DNA of 64,000 nucleotides. It comes from Camelus dromedarius (Eukaryota). The translations under genes were made by a program, and so were the position numbers. The notes beneath the pieces are model-generated. The model saw only the letters and a list, made by a program, of their open reading frames with translations, did no database searches and was not told the origin of the DNA. The DNA is taken from assembly GCF_036321535.1 (NCBI RefSeq), contig NC_087437.1:20214001-20278000 (forward strand), written 5' to 3'. Shown here piece by piece: positions 50,091-62,957 of this stretch (position 1 is its first letter; every line of letters begins with the position of its first letter).

Positions 50091-51699
50091 GTAACCCTAA
50101 GTCACACCCTTCTCCCTGGCCCATCTGTGGACAGTCCATGAAAGGGACTGACAGAGAAAAGGGCAAAGCAATTCGTACAGAATCAGCCAAGAAAATCTGC
50201 TAGCCCTTAGTAATAAAACAAGACATGGAAACAAGGACTAATCCAGGCACTAAGCTTGCATAATAGTTACGCACTTGGCTGGAGACCAGATTTTTATTTT
50301 AGATCAACATGAGCAATTTCACGTTTATCTCTGAGTTGCTAATGCCTTTTATTGTTCTGGGACCTTATTTAACTTATGTAGCTGATCACTCACACTGGTC
50401 AGGAGCCAAAGATCTCCTTTTATCCCCAACAAATTGTTCAGAACCCCAACCCTCTGTTCCGGGAGCTCACAAAAATGTGAGCTATGGAGGGTGGATTGTC
50501 CATAGGCGCCAGGCCATAGGAGGCCACTCTCAAATTTGGCTCAGCTCTGAGCCCCTTCCCTGCTCCTCAGGGACAGAGGCTCCTCATTGCCTTTTCACTC
50601 GAAGGCTTCTGCTCCCATCTCATTTCCTCTGCTGCTGCTTCTCCTCCAGTCCCCAGACCCAGATTAATGACCTCTTTGGAAACAGGAAAACAAGCTCTCT
50701 GTGTATGCATATAACCTTTCTGTTCCCCCACTCAGATCTGTTGGCATCTTTGTTTTTGCTCCCCTAATGGCTGGGGTGCTTTGAAGTACCAAGGAGAGAG
50801 CAGAGGGGAAGTAAAATGCTCCCCAAATAAGCAGATTCACACTTTGAGATGACCCAACCTTGTGTTGATGGATTCCTTGGAAGTTAGTAAGATCTGTGAC
50901 CTTGACCTTTCACCATAGGGGGCTGAGGGAAGAGGTAGGCTAGAAGAATATGCCTGCAAAGGACCAGCAGACTGAAGGGTAAACTAGGGGAGACACGGAC
51001 CCCTCTGGGTTGGGACAAAGAAAGCGTTCTGGGCAGCTCCATGCAAGAGAAGATGGAAAGGAGTGCCTATAGTGCAGCCGTGGGAGCACTGGGGACGCAG
51101 AACCCAGGAAGAAAATAAAGCAGTTGTGGGGCAACAGAAGAGAGTGTATTTTTGAGCAGAAGTCACCTACATGAAATCTGACGTATGTCACACAATATTA
51201 AAAGGTTTATCAAACATTTCAGTAGAACTTGATGAGAGTTTCCTCAGTATTGCAGAATTCTTCAGGATATCAGGAAAGGAAGACTGTGTCATCCGATGAG
51301 AGTCTATGAAACTAATTAGTGTAGCAAGGCACAGACTCCAAGGCTGCACAGGAATCATTAATCACCGAACACAGCTGTGCAAGAGTGAAGGCCCTCTCGT
51401 GTGGCTCAGTGTCCCAGCTGGACACCACAGCCAGCCTGTAGCTATTTGAAATATAGCTTGAATACTGCCTGTGAGATAAGGAGTCCCTAGTCCTGATCTC
51501 ACCATGAACATTACCATGACTCTTTCCTAGAGACTCTCAGAGATCACCTCTAGATCCCTGTCACCCCAGTCGGCAATGGAAAACTGCCCCCAACTCTAGA
51601 AGGCCAGCTGGAACCACTGTTTTCCAGTTACATGCCAACTGGGTAGAACAGTCCCACCAAAATAAAAAGTGATTTTAGAAGAATCAAATTGATCTATTT

Positions 51700-52062
51700 G
51701 AATAGTTAGAATAGGCTAGTTTGTGCTGCAGTGACAATCAAGCCCCATATCTCAGTTACTTCAAAGAATTCTCACTTCATATTCAGTACAAAAAATGGGG
51801 GCTCCTCTCTGCTCTTCCCAAGAAGACAGAGCAGCCACATTGCTGGATACTGAGAAAGAAGGAAACAAAAATGTGATGGATGGTGCCCGAGCCCTTAAAG
51901 CTTCCACCTACAAGTGACACCAATCATCTCTACTCACATTTTATTGGCCAAAGCAAGTCATATGGGCACACCTAACTCCAACAAGACCAGGAAGTGAAAT
52001 CTACCATGCGTCTGGGAAAAAAACTGAAAACGACTGTGTAAACAACATTGATGAACACCATG
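51700..52062 (-). mobile_element. Old MaLR LTR (MLT1I/J-like)
   Basis: agttagaataggctagtttgtgctgcagtgacaa...cttaaagcttccacc...ctcacattttattggccaaagcaagtcatatgg. Confidence 0.72.
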
Positions 52063-52345
52063 GTCTATCCACTTAGTCAACAATATTTGCTTGACTGCCC
52101 TTTCCACATCAAAAATGCAACCACACTTCTGTAAATGAGGCAACCCAAAAGTCCCACCTGTTACTGGCTCCAAGCCCAGTGTACCTGTTCCCTGAATGAT
52201 TCCTGAGGCTCTCTTCATCAGGCTTGAGATGCACAGGAGGCTCTCTGTCAGGCCCAGATGTGGCTCCACTTGATCTGGAAACCTGTACCCTAACAGGAAG
52301 AAGTATTTGCTACCACCACAACCATCATCCTCTCCATACATATGT

Positions 52346-52382
<37 letters not shown>

Positions 52383-52600
52383 GGAATGAGGCAGAATAAG
52401 CAAAAAGTATTTCTACTAGGTAAAAGGAAGAATTAGAGAAACACAACAATCTTTGGTTCACAGCAACCCTGAAATCCCTCTGGGCAGATGCTATAAGGCC
52501 CCCTACCCTAGGGTGGGGGGGCCTCTTTGTGGCCCTTGATGCCGTTCTCTGGGGGGGTGTCTCCTTCTCCAGTATCCCCCTAAGCCACAACTGAAGATGG
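52063..52600 (-). mobile_element. MaLR internal sequence remnant (MLT1-int-like) adjoining the LTR
   Basis: gaggcaacccaaaagtccc...aggcccagatgtggctcc...ggttcacagcaaccctgaaatccctctgggcag resemble recalled MLT1 internal consensus. Confidence 0.55.
52347..52380. repeat. Perfect (CA)17 microsatellite
   Basis: Directly visible. Confidence 0.95.
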
Positions 52601-55286
52601 CCTTGTCACTTTATAAATAGAAGCTCTAATATTATATATGATTACAATGTATTAAAAAGAAATTCCACAAAAATGCTTTTTAAACTAAAGCATATATTTA
52701 TTTTAAAAGAGTGTGGGAGAAAGAATGGCTACTGGGGAGTTCGAGTGTTTCTGTCCTCTTCCAAGACAGATGCTAGGACCACTCTTTACTGGAGTAGAGT
52801 GTGGTCACATAACTTGCTTCAACAATTAAATGTGAGTGGAAGTTCTTCATATCATTTCCTGGAGAGAACTTTAAGAGCCAGTGTTGCAAGGAGGCCCTTT
52901 ACATCCATGGGGTAAAAAAGCACTAGTGGTCCCAACTAGTAGAAAAGAAACAGAGACTCTGAGAGGTGAGGTAGCCCACCCAAGGTATCCCAGTCAGATC
53001 TGCCCAACCCCAGCTCTTCAAAGCCTGTTCTCCTTCCACTGTGCCTCACTGCCCCTACTGCCAGTTAGTTGGTCATCTTGTCAATGTGATTATGTGTTTG
53101 GGAAAAGGCAGGAGCTGATGTGTATTGAAACAAACATTATAAACCCTTTACCTTCTGAGATATCTGACAAGTCTGGAATCAAAATACCACACACACTCTG
53201 CAACCCACTGGTGAATTTTCAGCATAGGAGAAAATCCTTTACAAATCTTTTAAATTGGGCTTTCTGGGATGAGTAAGAGTTCACTAGGAAGATAAGGAAG
53301 GCAACAGCGTATGGCATGGCAGAGAAGCGTGACATAGGCATGCTCGGGGTGCCCCATTGCTGGAAGGTACTTGGACCAGTGGAAAGAGTGGGGAGGAGGC
53401 TGAGAAAAGGAGTTGACACCAGACCATAGGATGCCATGCTGCCTTGTCAGGAGCTTGGAGTCTCCTGAATATTTACATCCTCCCTGGAGCCATGTTTTTG
53501 TCTTGGAAGGACAGATCAGAAGGCCTTTCAGTCGAACATGGTGCTGTGAAATTGATGGTCTACAGTGCAGCCCTCCTCTCAGTATGTTTCTAAACCCGCC
53601 AAAGTCCACTTGTATACATATTATAAGCCCGCTGTGTGAACCTCTAATTGCCTTTGGGCCTGTAATGGCAGGGAGTTTTGGAGGTTGGCAAGGGAACTCG
53701 TTCCCATTTGTGAAATTTCCAATTGCGGTTTAACAATGGGGATAGAAAATGATGTGACGGCAGCTGCTTGCTGGGAACTGGCTCCAGCACTGTTGCTGGG
53801 CAGTGCTCTGCAGCCCCAGTTAGCCTACCGTGTCCACTTAGTGAATCTGAAAGCCAAAGTAATCAGTGGAATTTCATTTTCATTGGTATTTTTTTCCAGT
53901 AATTAAAAGAAGAATATTGAGACTTCATTTACACGTAAGAAACGTTGCCAGTACTGCCTAGAGCAGGCAAGTATCTTCGTTCTAGAGAACAGCTGAAGTC
54001 AGGATGGACCTTGCATCTCAAAAGAGTCCTCCTTCCTTTATGTGACCGATGCACACCGCCTTGCCATCACCTCTGTGCTCAGTGGCAATGTTCTCAGGGT
54101 GGAATCAGACCCTCTCTCATGGCCAAGCTCAGTCTGTGCTGACTCAAACTGCTACCTTTAGACAAAGACCAGGTCCTTTGTCTCTCTCTGGGTCATGCCA
54201 TGGGATAAGATCATTTAAAAGCCTAATTAATTTGTCCTTTTCCTTAGAGTTCCTACTCATCCATTTCTAACAACAAAACCTCAAGTTCCACTCATATATG
54301 ATAAAAAATTATACACTCACATCTTTGCCCCTGGACCTCTACACGGGGCCCAGCTTACCCAGGGCCTGTAACCCAGCTGTTGTGGAAGTGAGTCAGGAAG
54401 GCTGCTGATGGTGGCAGACCAGGGCCCTAGGATGTGCCCGGGACTTCAGGGAGATGCCCCAGCAGATGACACACCAGGACACCTCTCCCCCAACACTATA
54501 ATCAGGGCAGCTCTGTTTTACCTATTTCATATGCTATCGGGGCAAGAGTTGGCTAAACATGTTTGAAGAAGCATGAGATACTCACCCAAGAAGGAGCTGC
54601 CCTGCTCCCTGCCTGAGCCTCACCTGCTCTTGGTGGAGCTTGTCACAGGCTTCCTTACCTGGCTCCGTCTCCAGCGACCGCCTCATCCCTGCCTCTGCTG
54701 GGGACTCTCCTCTGGTGCTCTGGACCTTGGCCTTGCCAGAGTGTGCAGCCTCGCCTGCTCCTGGCAGTGGCGTCCGCCTGGTCTTGGGAGCTAGGTCTTT
54801 CTACCCTAGCTCCTGGTCTCGCTCAGTCCTACCCTCTACTTACCAAATAAAGCTGCAGCAAGTTGAGAAGGGGATGGTTCTAAAAATTAGAACCCATTAA
54901 GGGACAGACACAGAACCCCCATTTGTGGCTTTTGAGAGGATCCAAAGCAAAGAATAGGAATGGTCAAAAAAAAAAAAAAGAATAGAAAAGCAGAAATAAG
55001 CCTGAGGGTTACAGGAATCAACAGCATCTGATCCTCAGACAGAGGGAAACTGAAATCACATGTGGTCCTGAGATCTGCTGTACTTTTTCAGGTCATTTTT
55101 TTTTTTTTTTTTTGCCAGACATTAAATTAGTGCAGAGACTTGGAGTACGTGCCTTCACTTAATAAGCTTGGTCTAATTTAGTATAAATTCTCTTAATAAA
55201 GTCTGTGTTGAAATTATTCTGCATCCCTGGGGTCTCTGCTGCTGAGAGAAGCAGGCACGTGCTAGTGTAGTCTGCCTTCTATGCGA

Positions 55287-55555
55287 GTGGTGTTCCCCAA
55301 GGAGACTTCATGAAGCTCAGTCCCACGGGATGCCTCTCCCACCGTCAGGCCAAGGTCAAGTTCGGGAAGCCGCATAAAGCATCCTCACAGCACCACACTG
55401 GAGAGTCACAGTGCACATTCACTTATTAAAAGCTCTCAAAAGCCCACCAAGAAAACAGTCAGTTTGGCGTTCCTTAACTCATTTCTCAATCTTATTTCAC
55501 TATAGAACTCACTCGTTGTGAAACAGTGTTCCTGGGGCAGTGTTTGGGAAACCTC
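55287..55555. mobile_element. hAT-Charlie-like MITE remnant
   Basis: Degenerate terminal inverted repeats gtggtgttcccca ... tgtttgggaaac. Confidence 0.5.
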
Positions 55556-56086
55556 TCATTGGAGTTATGAATGCAGGCCTCCATCCCCGACTAGGGCATG
55601 AGTTTGCAGAAGGCAAAGACTATCTGCTCTCAAAGAGTCTCCTCCCCTCCTCTCCCATCCCCCCTACTCTGTGTCCCAGAGAAGGTCAATAATTAATGTT
55701 TGTTGAATTATATCCCATTTTTGAATCTGTCTGGACAAAGGCATATATGGTTCATGATCTGACACAGGGTGTCTCTTAGCATTATCTGTATTAAAGAATC
55801 CAGAAAAGATGATTCTAAGCCCTGGTGTTAATTTAACATGAGGATATATTGGTTTAAAGACAACACAGATGAAATCAGCTTTAAGATTCACTGATTTATA
55901 TGTGAAAACACAATATAACTGAATTATAATTTTAACTTTGAATTTTATTCTGAAAATTATATTCATTAGAAAATTTGAGAAGGGTCTTAGAGCAAAAACA
56001 GTATCATTTTAGTTTCTCTGAGGGATATACCGGGGAAAGAAAAAAAAAGAAAGAGGCCACTGAAGAAAGAGACAGAGCAAACTCAC

Positions 56087-56096
56087 ATGACGTCAT
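56087..56096. promoter_or_regulatory. Full palindromic CRE (ATGACGTCAT), candidate
   Basis: Perfect 10-bp palindrome containing TGACGTCA; function unproven. Confidence 0.35.
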
Positions 56097-56139
56097 CCCA
56101 TCTCAGATCTCCTTGGTTCTTGCTGTCACCAGAACTAGC

Positions 56140-56340
56140 TGCCAGTTTTGAGTTCCTGTGCTGGGCTCTGGCTTGTCTTCTCTTTAACAACCCTGCGGAA
56201 TGGGTGTGATTATCATCCCCATTTTGCAGATGAGGAAACTGAGACTCAGAGAAGATAGGTGTCTTGGTAAGGGTCACCGAGACCCCTGATGTGCCCCCAG
56301 GTCTGTGCCACCCAGAGCCCTCAACCTTAATGACACTGAT
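56140..56340 (-). mobile_element. MIR SINE
   Basis: attatcatccccattttgcagatgaggaaactgagactcagaga. Confidence 0.8.
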
Positions 56341-56612
56341 ACACTACCTCTGCTTCTAGAGACATGTAAAGCCAGATGGCCTTTCACAGCCAATAAAAAA
56401 GACCAGAGGATTCTGGAATCTGGGGTCAAATCATTTGCCCAAATTCCCGGGGCATTTTTCTCACTGATCAGACAAAATCATGCTGAGGCCAAAGATAACC
56501 ACCAGCCTGCTGAGCATCATGGTTTAACGGGAGGGCTGAGTTTGGAGTCAGAGGAGAATTCCAGACCCTTGCTGCTGCTGCTTATCTGCTCTGGGTCTTT
56601 GAAGACAGTGTC

Positions 56613-56730
56613 AGGGGAGAGTGTAGCTCAGTGGTAGAGTGCATGCTTAGCAGGCACAAGGTCCTGGGTTCAAGCCCCATTACCTCCTCTAAGTAAATAA
56701 ACCTAATTACCTCCCCCACTCAAAAAAGAA
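56613..56730 (+). mobile_element. tRNA-Ala-derived camelid SINE (Vic-1 type)
   Basis: ggggagagtgtagctcagtggtagagtgcatgcttagcaggcacaaggtcctgggttcaagccccattacctc, then tail and A-rich end; perfect 13-bp TSD tgaagacagtgtc (56600-56612, 56731-56743). Confidence 0.9.
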
Positions 56731-59700
56731 TGAAGACAGTGTCTTGCCTCTGTTCTCCTGGAGAATGGAGGGGCCGTTCTGGGTGACATATGAAGGCCCT
56801 TCTAGCTTGATGAATTTCAGTCCCCAACTCCAGAGTACTGACTTTTGGGGTCATCCCATCAGTCATATGTTTTGCTCACTTAGAACATGCCATGTAAACA
56901 TCTTTAGGAAAAGCTGGAGAGATAAATATGTAAAAACTGAAGGGTAGAGGTAGCCTGCTGAGAATGTGTCAGGACCAGCCCTGGTGGCTGAGCATCCTTG
57001 TCCACCAGTCCCTGCAACCGTAGCTCACCCCCCTGGGGTTCGGTGGTGGCCAGTTTTAAAGGCACAGCCAATGGGGGTCTATTACATATTTCACTCAGTC
57101 TTTGCTTTCCGTGGGTGTCTCCATCACTGAAATGAAGAAATGAGAGAAAGCAAGATTTCAGACAGTCTCACCATTTGCATTGCTCAAAACTGATACCCAG
57201 CCATCCATGAAATTGTGTTTACTGAGGGGCGTCCCCATCAGCAAGCCAGGCACAGAGCAGCATCCAACTCAGGCCAGAGGGAATGTGGCCCCCACTCCTT
57301 TCCATGTGTTTTTCAGACTAAATAGCTGTGAGAATGACAGCGGGGGGCGGGGGGGGGAGACCAGCAGCATCCCGCACTCACTTTGCAAAGGGAAGAGACT
57401 TAGTACATTCACACAACACAGATCTTTTCTCAAAGGAAAGTGAACATTATTGACTTGAAAGCTATGTGTATAGTGAGTGGGCCCCACCTCTCAGTGGAAA
57501 GAAAGCTGAGGGAGGATTTATTCCCAATGCAAATTTAGGCTCAGAATAACACAGGCTACGTTAAACCACATTTGCCAAATACTGTTATTTTGCAAGACAA
57601 CTGTGTTCCCCAGCAATCTTGACACAAATCATTGGGAGTTCCATGTCTACACAACCCAGGATAATTGGACATTCTCCCCCAGCGCTGTGTCAGTCCCAAC
57701 CTGCTCCCATCTTTATGAAGCAGCCCAGTTTTGACATCCTGCAAGAACGCCTCCTTGAACCCTCCCAGCCACATCTCATTGTATGGCTTGCAGGTCAAAG
57801 GCTTGGGAGCAAACAAGACCTGCATTTGAATTTGGGCTTCGCGCGTTTCTGCCTGTGGGGCCTTGGGCAGGTCATCCAACTTTGAAAACATCATCTGTGA
57901 AAAAGAGTTGGACATTTAGCAGGTGAGAATCTGCATTCACAAAAGTAGCTTTTAACAAGTAGTTTTTCCACATCCATCTCAGTTTCATGTCAAGCTCCTC
58001 CTCCATCTGAGTGGAGAGATTAACCCCAGCAAATGTGGAATTCTCCCATTTCTTTAGAGTGCCAGCTGATTTCTGGGGGGTGTATATGGTGCTAGGGTTT
58101 TGAGGGGGCCTCCAGTCATCTTTCCACTGAAATGGTGCTCACCTCTTTAGTCATTAATGGTCCTTCAGAGCCATCAGTGCAGTCAGTATTTCCTTGCCTT
58201 AGGGGCACAGAAATACCTCTGCTGCATTTCATGCTCTGTATAGGACCATCCATGGTCCATCTGTCCAGATGTGCCAGGCTGGCATTCTGCCCGGCATCAC
58301 ACACCCCTTCCAGGACTCAGCCCAGACGGCAGGCTTCAGGTGCCCTCATTCTGCATCTCTGTCATCTGATTCCCCAACCTTTTCTCTGTCACCCTCCCCT
58401 CCAGTCTGGGGTATCACTTCCTAAGCTAGGGGAAGCCAGGTTTTCTTCCTCGATGTTTTCCCCACATGGTGAAGATACCCACATCCTCCCCACCCTCCTA
58501 AAGGTTTAGGATTCTGGAAAGAAAACTAAGGAAGAGACTGGCTTCAAGCCCCATCTGCTCTCCCCCCATCACAACCCTCACGGCAATGAGCACAAGCCAG
58601 AGGTGTTTAAACGGAGGGTAAGAGGAGAAGTTAAGATCTCAAAAGTATGATCCTGCCACTTACACATTAAATTAAATAGCATATGAAAGAATTTGCCAGG
58701 TTTTAAGGACCTAGTAAATCATGGCTATTATTTTTTCCCCTTTGATCAATAGGACATATTATCTGTATCATTCGTTTTGGAAATTAATCAGGCACTGCCT
58801 TAAAATACTATTGTACTGGCAATTTACTCTTACATTTTTATTTTACTTTTCCAATGTCTATATTTTATTCTACCAACTAAATGTAAACTCCTGAAGAGCA
58901 CGGTCCACATCTTAACGATCAATTGAATCAAACAGAAGGCTAGGCATACAGCAAACACTTTAAAAATGTGCACAGATCTAGCCTCAGGAATCCAAAATTG
59001 TGTTTGCAAATATTTAGAGAAGGTTCTTTGTGTTAGAAATCATGGTGGTTGTTTTTTTTTTTTTTTTTTTACCTAAAATAATTTGTGAGCATGTGTATGT
59101 CTGAAAGTTAACAGAGGAGCCGTGTGGCATACGCAGACATCCTAGATATTAAAAGAAAGAGATTTCCATTATTTTTCTAAATCCTGCATCACAACCACTT
59201 CTAGTGCAAATATATTTCAAATCTTTGCTGGCCTCCTATTGCAAAATGCTAATTGAATTTCTTCCCTGGAGCTGCATCGCGAATAGAGGGTGTCACAGAT
59301 CTGGAATTCCTGAGTCAAAAATACAAAATATAGATGTTCTGCTGAGCGAAAAGAGTGTGTAGGAAAACATCCCGGCATCCGGGAGAGTCATAAGGTGTGG
59401 CCTTTAAGGGTGGAGCTGCTGAGGGAGCAGCTGAAAGGGCCTGGACCACAGAACACAGTGGCCCCTCTCAGCTGGGCTCTAGGCTGGGCTGCCCAGGACC
59501 ACTCAGATGCCCAGCAGGTCCTGGGCACGGATGGACGCCCTCACTCTGCAGAAGCGCACATTGCACTACTTCATACTCGTGTGCCTTGGTCACTTTCTTA
59601 TCCCTAAGCCTGAGTTTGCTCTTCTGTTACTAGAGAGTAAGTACCTACCTCCTAAGTGTTTGATGAAGATTCAGTAAGATGGCGTATGTTGAGGGCATGA

Positions 59701-60056
59701 CACAGTGCTGGGCTCATAGTTCAAGCCCAGCAAATGAGAGTTGTTGTTGGATCTCCTGCTCTAAGTCGGGGACCAGGCATGGGAGAGATGAGCACCAGGA
59801 TGCCCTGGAGGGTGGCAGCTCCACCATCCAGACCCAGGCTCACACCCTTCTTATTGCAGGTCAGCTGGAGTGTCCATTTGCTAGAGTAGGAGCATGCTAA
59901 TGGCTGTGAGAGGCACCTTAACCATGAGGGCTTTAAAGGCCAAAATCCAAAGGTTCCATATTGGCTACCCAAAGCCATGGCAACCTCAGATTACCTCTCG
60001 AAGCCACATCTGTGGACTGAGCACTTCCATAGAGCCTTCTCCTTTTATTTCTTCCA

Positions 60057-60665
60057 TGTGAGGATGCTTTGAAGGGCAAGTAACAACAGTGTGAGGCAAA
60101 ACGACTTGAACCGTAAAGGTGGCTGATTGGCTCCCACAGCTGAGGATGTCCCGCTGGAAAGCAGGGAGGCCGGCCACTCAGGGGTCGCTCAGCCAGCTGT
60201 GCTCCCCTGGCCCCGCCCTCCTCCAGGCATTGCCCGGTCGTCCTCGGTCTGCTTGCAGGGTGACTACCACAGCCCCGAGCCTTCTACCTTCACATAATGG
60301 TCTCCAGGGAAAGAGAGCAAGAGTAGGTTCCAGAAACTTTCTACAGAGAAAATAGAAGCTCTTTTCCCAGAGGCTGCATGTCAATTTCTCCGCTCATTTC
60401 ATCGGCCTGAATTTGGTCTCATGATTATCCCTGGACCAACCCCTGTGGCTTTTTGGATGCCAGGTGCCGGGTGACTTCATCCTGGTACGGGGTCCCAAGT
60501 CCATGGCTGCTTCAGTCACTGGAGCCCTGGAGACAGGATCACCTCATTAGCTTTGACTAAATAGAGTCCATCCCTGGAACTCAGGTCAACCCCCCCAAAC
60601 CTCAGGGCTGCCTTGCAAGAAGGCAGGAGTGAGGTAGATGTCAGAGACACAGTGTCCACGACTCT
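60057..60665 (-). mobile_element. Old MaLR LTR (MLT1K-like)
   Basis: ggatgctttgaagggcaagtaaca...ctcatttcatcggcctgaattt...tccctggaccaacccctgtggc...tgtccacgac. Confidence 0.58.
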
Positions 60666-61013
60666 GCTGGATCATCTCCTACAATTCAGCAAACAGTTAT
60701 GAAGTGTCTGCTGTGTGCCAGGCAGGGTGGAGGATGTCCCATGACACAGGGGCAGGGGCCGGCATTGTTGAGAGGGATAAATGAGCCAGCTTATGCAAGA
60801 TGCCTGGGGCAGCCCTCAGCCCCTAATACCTGCTCAGTATTGTCTTCACTGAAATGAATCATGCATGTGTGCTCCCTGCCATGCAGCAGACAGACTTCAA
60901 CAAATAAATTCCAGCAGCCTGCAAAGAGAGGCAAGCTAAACCTGCAGGTGTCTGTCGTAAAGGAGAGAGATCACGTAAGGAGTATGCAGAAGCCTGGCTA
61001 GAAATTTCACAGC

Positions 61014-61190
61014 CTAGGGGTTCTTCACCTTGACTTCATGTTTGATTCACCCAAAGGAGTTCTTAAAACTCCCCAGACCAGTTAGGTCACAATCTCTCTG
61101 CGTGGGACCCAGCCAGCACCAGGATCAGTTTATTTTTTAAAGACTCCCCCAGTGATTAAAATATGCAGCCAAGGTTGAGTATCACCCATT
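61014..61190. mobile_element. MER5-family hAT element
   Basis: ggttcttcacctt...ccccagaccagtta...ctcccccagtgatt...atgcagccaaggttgag. Confidence 0.72.
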
Positions 61191-61421
61191 CTAGGCTACT
61201 GAAGACAGAAAACACATACATGTAAACCATCACCCAACAATGCCAAGTTGTGAGGGGCACTTTAAAAAAAACTATCTTCTTTCCAAGGCTCAGGGCAGGA
61301 AGAAGGAACAGTGGGCAGGGTGCTTAAGGGCCCTCGAAGGACCAGTGGGATCTGCTTGATCTGGTATCTCAGTGTGAGGAGGAATGGGTGTGAGCAAAGG
61401 TGTGTGTGCAAACATAGAGGG

Positions 61422-61900
61422 TGTATCAGTTCTGGACCCAATCAGGAGAGAGAAACAACAGTAATTTAAACAAGGAAATATAAAACAATACTATCACAGA
61501 GGATTGGGATAATAAAGGATTAGTGACTAAATCAGGGGAACTCAGAAGACTATAGGAATGCAGAGTCAGGAACATCTTCTCCCCCAAAGCTGAAACAGAG
61601 CACCCCATGGAGAGCCCTCTGCCCCCCAGGCTGGGGTCCAGACTTAGTCGACACAGTGTGGCTCACTGAAGAGCAGAGAAGTCACAGTTGTTTTTACTTT
61701 GGCAGAACCTGCCAGAAAACTGCCCTCCAGGATGCTGGGGAAAGTGGTTCACGGGGTGGGGTTCTCATGCAGCACACTGCAGGGGTAGGTGCCGGCTGTG
61801 CCCGTGGGAGCTGGCCACTGGGGAAGCTGCTAAGAGCCAGGAAAGCAAGGAGGCAAGACCCAGGAGTGTCCCCTACAAGCAAGCAGAGGCTCAGAGAGGC
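61422..61900 (-). mobile_element. Old ERVL-type LTR remnant, family uncertain
   Basis: Starts tgtatcagttctggacccaatcaggagagagaaacaacagtaattt, resembling reverse ends of LTR41/LTR52-like elements; right boundary uncertain. Confidence 0.45.
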
Positions 61901-62459
61901 TCCAAAACCCCTCCAGGGGATTAGCAAAGCTAGAGTTCCACCCAGGTCCATCTTCCCTGTATACCTCTCTGTACAAACAGAAGTGCAAGATCAAGGCTAG
62001 GATTGACGACGTAGGCTGCCCAGGGATGGAAGGGGTCTGTGCTCATAAAGTCAGTGGGGAAGGCCTCCTGGTGGAGGTGAGGCATCCAGTGGACCTTGGG
62101 GGAGCTTTTATTTTAAGTAAATGAGGGAGAAAATGAGAGGAGGTGGCTTTCAGTCTGGCCTTGCCACAGGAGTCACGTCGAACAATTTCACAAGCGGAAA
62201 AGCCAAGTCGGGCTCAGACAGACTCAGCTCAGCCAGCAGAGCGAACAGTAGAAAACTGCTGATGAGAAGGAGATAAGAAGAAAGTCCAAGGTAGAACAGA
62301 ATCGAGGAAGCCCTTGCATGACAAAGAACCTGAATTTGAGTGGATGTAAAATCAACTCACCACGAGAGAGCCAGAGCCCACGGACATGGCGTTTCCAGGT
62401 CCCCTCAACTGCATGCCAGCCCCTCAGAGGAATACAAGAGAGCAAATGCCAGCTCTACA

Positions 62460-62660
62460 GCCAGACAGACCTGGACTAGAGCCCCAGCTCTGCTTTTAGC
62501 TGTGTGTCCTGAGGCAAGTCCCTCAACCTTTCTGAGTCCCAGGGTTCCTCATCATCTGTCCCTTGGAAACAATGACCCCTTCTTTGCAGGCTCACTCAGA
62601 TGAAGTCCCCAGCAGTCAGCGTGGCACACAGCACAGCTTTCAGCACTGGTAGCGTCTTTC
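62460..62660 (+). mobile_element. MIR SINE
   Basis: agccagacagacctgg...tagctgtgtgtcctgaggcaagtccctcaacctttctgagtc. Confidence 0.75.
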
Positions 62661-62880
62661 TCTCTCCTGCTTTTACCCTGTAGGCCCTCCCTGTCTTCTA
62701 AGACAGTTTGTGCCTCTGAAAGTAAATGTTTTAAAATTCAAGAAGCCCAGATTCCTAAATGGGTGCAGCTGGGGAGTGCCAAGGTCTTGGCGGCAAATAA
62801 CATCCTCTTGAGATTCTGGCCCCGCAGCTCTGCAAGGAGAAGCTCGGGTCTAGGGGACGCAGCCACTGTGTTCTTGCCTC

Positions 62881-62894
62881 CCACCAGATGGCGC
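62881..62894 (+). promoter_or_regulatory. CTCF core motif (candidate site)
   Basis: CCACCAGATGGCGC closely matches the CTCF core CC(A/G)(C/G)(C/T)AG(A/G)(G/T)GGC(A/G)C; CpG retained. Binding not demonstrated. Confidence 0.6.
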
Positions 62895-62957
62895 CTGGAA
62901 GTGGTGTTTCCCACCCAGTCTCCGCAGGGCAAATAATGGTGTGTCTCTGTCTTGTAG

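Larger units (their letters stand above)
50091..62957 (+). other. CLSTN2: CLSTN2 GT-AG intron, 12,867 bp, phase 1
   Basis: Junction CAA G|GA GGA gives continuous WQG-GEV. Confidence 0.93.

Noticed and set aside
51958..52590. 210-aa ORF on -
   Set aside because: Spans decayed MaLR sequence and the (CA)17 repeat (CVCVCV); no gag or other motif is recognisable.
56614..56686. tRNA-Ala(AGC)-like gene (also 1757-1828 on the minus strand)
   Set aside because: Followed by a SINE tail and A-rich end and flanked by TSDs; stems are mismatched. These are SINE heads, not tRNA genes.
57527..57534. Isolated octamer ATGCAAAT (another near 35468)
   Set aside because: A few exact 8-mers are expected at random in this length; no supporting context.
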